From: Takakia lepidozioides
Lineage: Eukaryota > Plantae > Bryophyta
Length of the DNA: 64,000 nucleotides
NCBI GenBank assembly: GCA_030704615.1
Contig: CM060731.1
Span: 31,930,001-31,994,000, forward strand
Direction: 5' to 3'
The notes below the pieces were generated by a model. That model did not search any database. It was given only the letters and a program-made list of their open reading frames with translations, and was not told the origin of the DNA. Shown piece after piece: positions 61,680 to 64,000 of this stretch. Every line of letters begins with the position of its first letter. The stretch's first letter is position 1. A program made the position numbers and the translations under genes.

Positions 61680-64000
61680 GCCAGTGCTTCTCTTTCAGTT
61701 GTGCTATAGTTCCTGTTCAGCACTGTTCATCAACCTGCTAGCATAGTACACACAGGTGAATCTATATTTCCTGTACATTCTGGGCTAACACCGCTCCAAC
61801 GCTTCTCCTGATGCATCGCAGTGAAAATGAAATCTACATGCCAGTGAGGGTTAATCAGCACAGGTGTAGTTGTTACTGACAATGTAAGTTCCTCAAAGCC
61901 TGTTGACATTCAGCTGTCCAGTGCAAAAACACTGCATCTTTTCTTCAGACTTGCTCAATGGTGCTGCTATTTGTGCATACCTTTTGACAAATCTTCTGTA
62001 ATAACTGGTTTGCCCAGGAATCTCCTTAAACTCTTAACATTCACGGGTGGTGGAGAGGCTTTAATGACTCGTCTTCATGGGATCCACAAGAAGTCCCTTC
62101 TTACACACAATGTGTCCCAGAAGCCCCCCGGAGTTCACACAAAAGTAACTTCTCTGGATTCAAGCCCCAGACCTCTCATCCTATGCATCTGGCCAGAAAT
62201 AACTCCAATTTATGCAAGTGCTCATTCTAGAGCGTACACAACTGAAATCATCCAAGAACACCTGCATGAAATCATCCAGATACTCATGAAAAGATTCACT
62301 TATTACTCTCTAAAGGTTGCTGGTGCATTACAAAGTCCAAAGGGCAATGACTTTGTATGCATAGCACCCCAGTCTGTGATGAAAGCTGTCTTTCCTTGAT
62401 CTTCTTCTGCCACTTGCACTTGATTATACCACTGAAGCCATCAATGAATGAGTACATCTCATGGCCTGCCACAGTGTCCAATACTCTGCTTCTGTGATGG
62501 CAAAGGAAAGGATCTTCTTCGTACAAGCATTAGCTTCTTGTAGTTCACACCTACTCTTAGTTTACCATTCTTCTTTGGGAACTATAACAATGGGTGACAA
62601 CCAAGTTGTATACTCTATTGGGGATATAAACTTAGCCTCAGCCAACTTCTTGATCTCTTCTCCAACCTTCTGTGCGTAGTTGGGATTCATCCTGTATCTC
62701 GCCTGTTTAACTGGTAATTGATCCTGGTTCCATTCAATCTTATGTTGACAGATCTCAGGTGGTATCCCCTTCAGATCCTCATAGCTCCAAGCAAATACAT
62801 CTCGGTATTTATGAACAGAACTCTTTTGCTTCCTCAAAGATTCTGCTCTAGATCCGCCCCTACCTTCACCATCCTTGGTTACTTCTCTGACCCACATTTA
62901 CTTCCCTCACCTGCTCATCAGCTGTTATTGTCAAACCAGTCACCACTCACCCCACTTCATCCGTAAGCTCACAGTGGCTGTTCCTCTAGGATTTCCATTT
63001 CTCCTTCTTTTCTTCATAAAATGTGATGGTAACCTGATGGTTTCCTCTTCAGTTGGTGTTGCTGTCACTACACCCCAGCAGATACCTCTTAAACAACTTA
63101 GGCTTTCCAGCCGCATCTCTGCAAACCTGCTCCCCTCTGGTGTGTAGCAAAACAAGGTAAGCTTCCTGTTCCTCATCCAGTGCTTCTTTCCAATCATACT
63201 CTCTGACCCCCTCTTGGTCTTCTTGTAGCAATAGTCTTTCAGATTTCTTAGTGGTGATTTGTATCTTGTTTAACCCATCCTGCACAGTCAGTAATGTGAA
63301 TTCCATCATGAGACACCTTGCTTGTTTCAGCCATGGTCTTCCCAACCAATAAGGAATAAGCTTCCAGGACTTCATTCATCTTCACCGTTACTGTGATCTT
63401 AAGATCATCTTTGAATTGTGATTTAACTCCTCTGATTAATCCCAATGGCTGTACACTCCTTTGGTCTGCCATGTTTACTGTAAATGGGGCTGGTTTCATG
63501 TTGTTTAGACCTAGCTTCTGTCTCAATTGGTCTGTCATGATATTCACACCAGAGCCTCCATCTATCAGTACATCTGCCAGCTCTGTGCTTCCAATTCTCA
63601 ACTGGATAAAACGGGCATAGAATCATCAAAATCCATGACTGTTTCTTTGCCCTTCTGGCCTCACATTATAACTGGTCCACCTTGCTTTTTCAGGTCTGTG
63701 TTCTCTGTCAATTGGGCAAATCCTGTTGATTGCTTGATACAGCCTGTGTCTACAATAAGGTGCCACAATCTAATAGCTTCCCAATGGTAATTTCCACTTT
63801 GGACTGGCATATCAACTTCACCAATGTCCCTTTCCTTACTACTCTGCACTTCTGCAGCTTCCCTCTTTCCTTCTTCCTCCTGACCTCTTCTTCTCCTTCA
63901 GAGTCTGAGGAGTCTACCATGGGAATATTAGTATCTTCTTTATTCCCGTATGGTATCCGCCACTTCCTTGTGCAGTTCCTTCCTCACTCTCCAAGCCATC
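61680..64000 (-). mobile_element. Family B pol (gag end, protease, RT, RNase H) on the minus strand, heavily frameshifted
   Basis: Reverse complement of ~58480-60730. VLIDGGSGVNIM in ORF 63248..63601. Confidence 0.88.

Noticed and set aside
56600-64000. Dense frameshifts and the inverted pol copies around the gap as biological features
   Set aside because: The single-base indel pattern beside a scaffold gap suggests poorly polished contig ends; orientation across the gap is uncertain.

Overview
Eukaryotic, plant-type DNA. The plant-type COX5B and FAX2 sequences and the transposable element (TE) families suggest a non-seed land plant or streptophyte, but that is inference. The window is almost entirely nested TEs and contains no intact host gene. 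From left to right: (1) A CACTA element (<1-22897) whose second gene carries Transposase_24-like, NIF/FCP1-like HAD and Transposase_23-like domains. Its inferred intron holds a LINE cluster. (2) Inside one LINE, a 12-kb Ty3/gypsy-type element (3666-15708, minus strand) whose polyprotein reads gag-protease-DNMT3-like C5 cytosine methyltransferase-RT-RNaseH-integrase-PHD. It has TG...CA ends and a 4-bp target-site duplication (TSD) but no detectable LTR pair, a hairpin-rich 5' end, an extra ORF, and intronless copies of host COX5B and FAX2/TMEM14. (3) A second, internally deleted CACTA copy (22898-30105) containing a complete TTAA-flanked piggyBac (25488-29991), which carries three covarying 52-nt tRNA-like structures behind its transposase. 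(4) Four nested copies of a non-chromovirus Ty3/gypsy family ('family B') in alternating orientation (30106-64000). One copy is interrupted by a non-autonomous CACTA (39390-42928) and by a very young chromovirus (43516-50485). There is a 500-N gap at 61180-61679, and the sequence around it is indel-rich. All domain calls come from motif recognition by eye, not from database searches.
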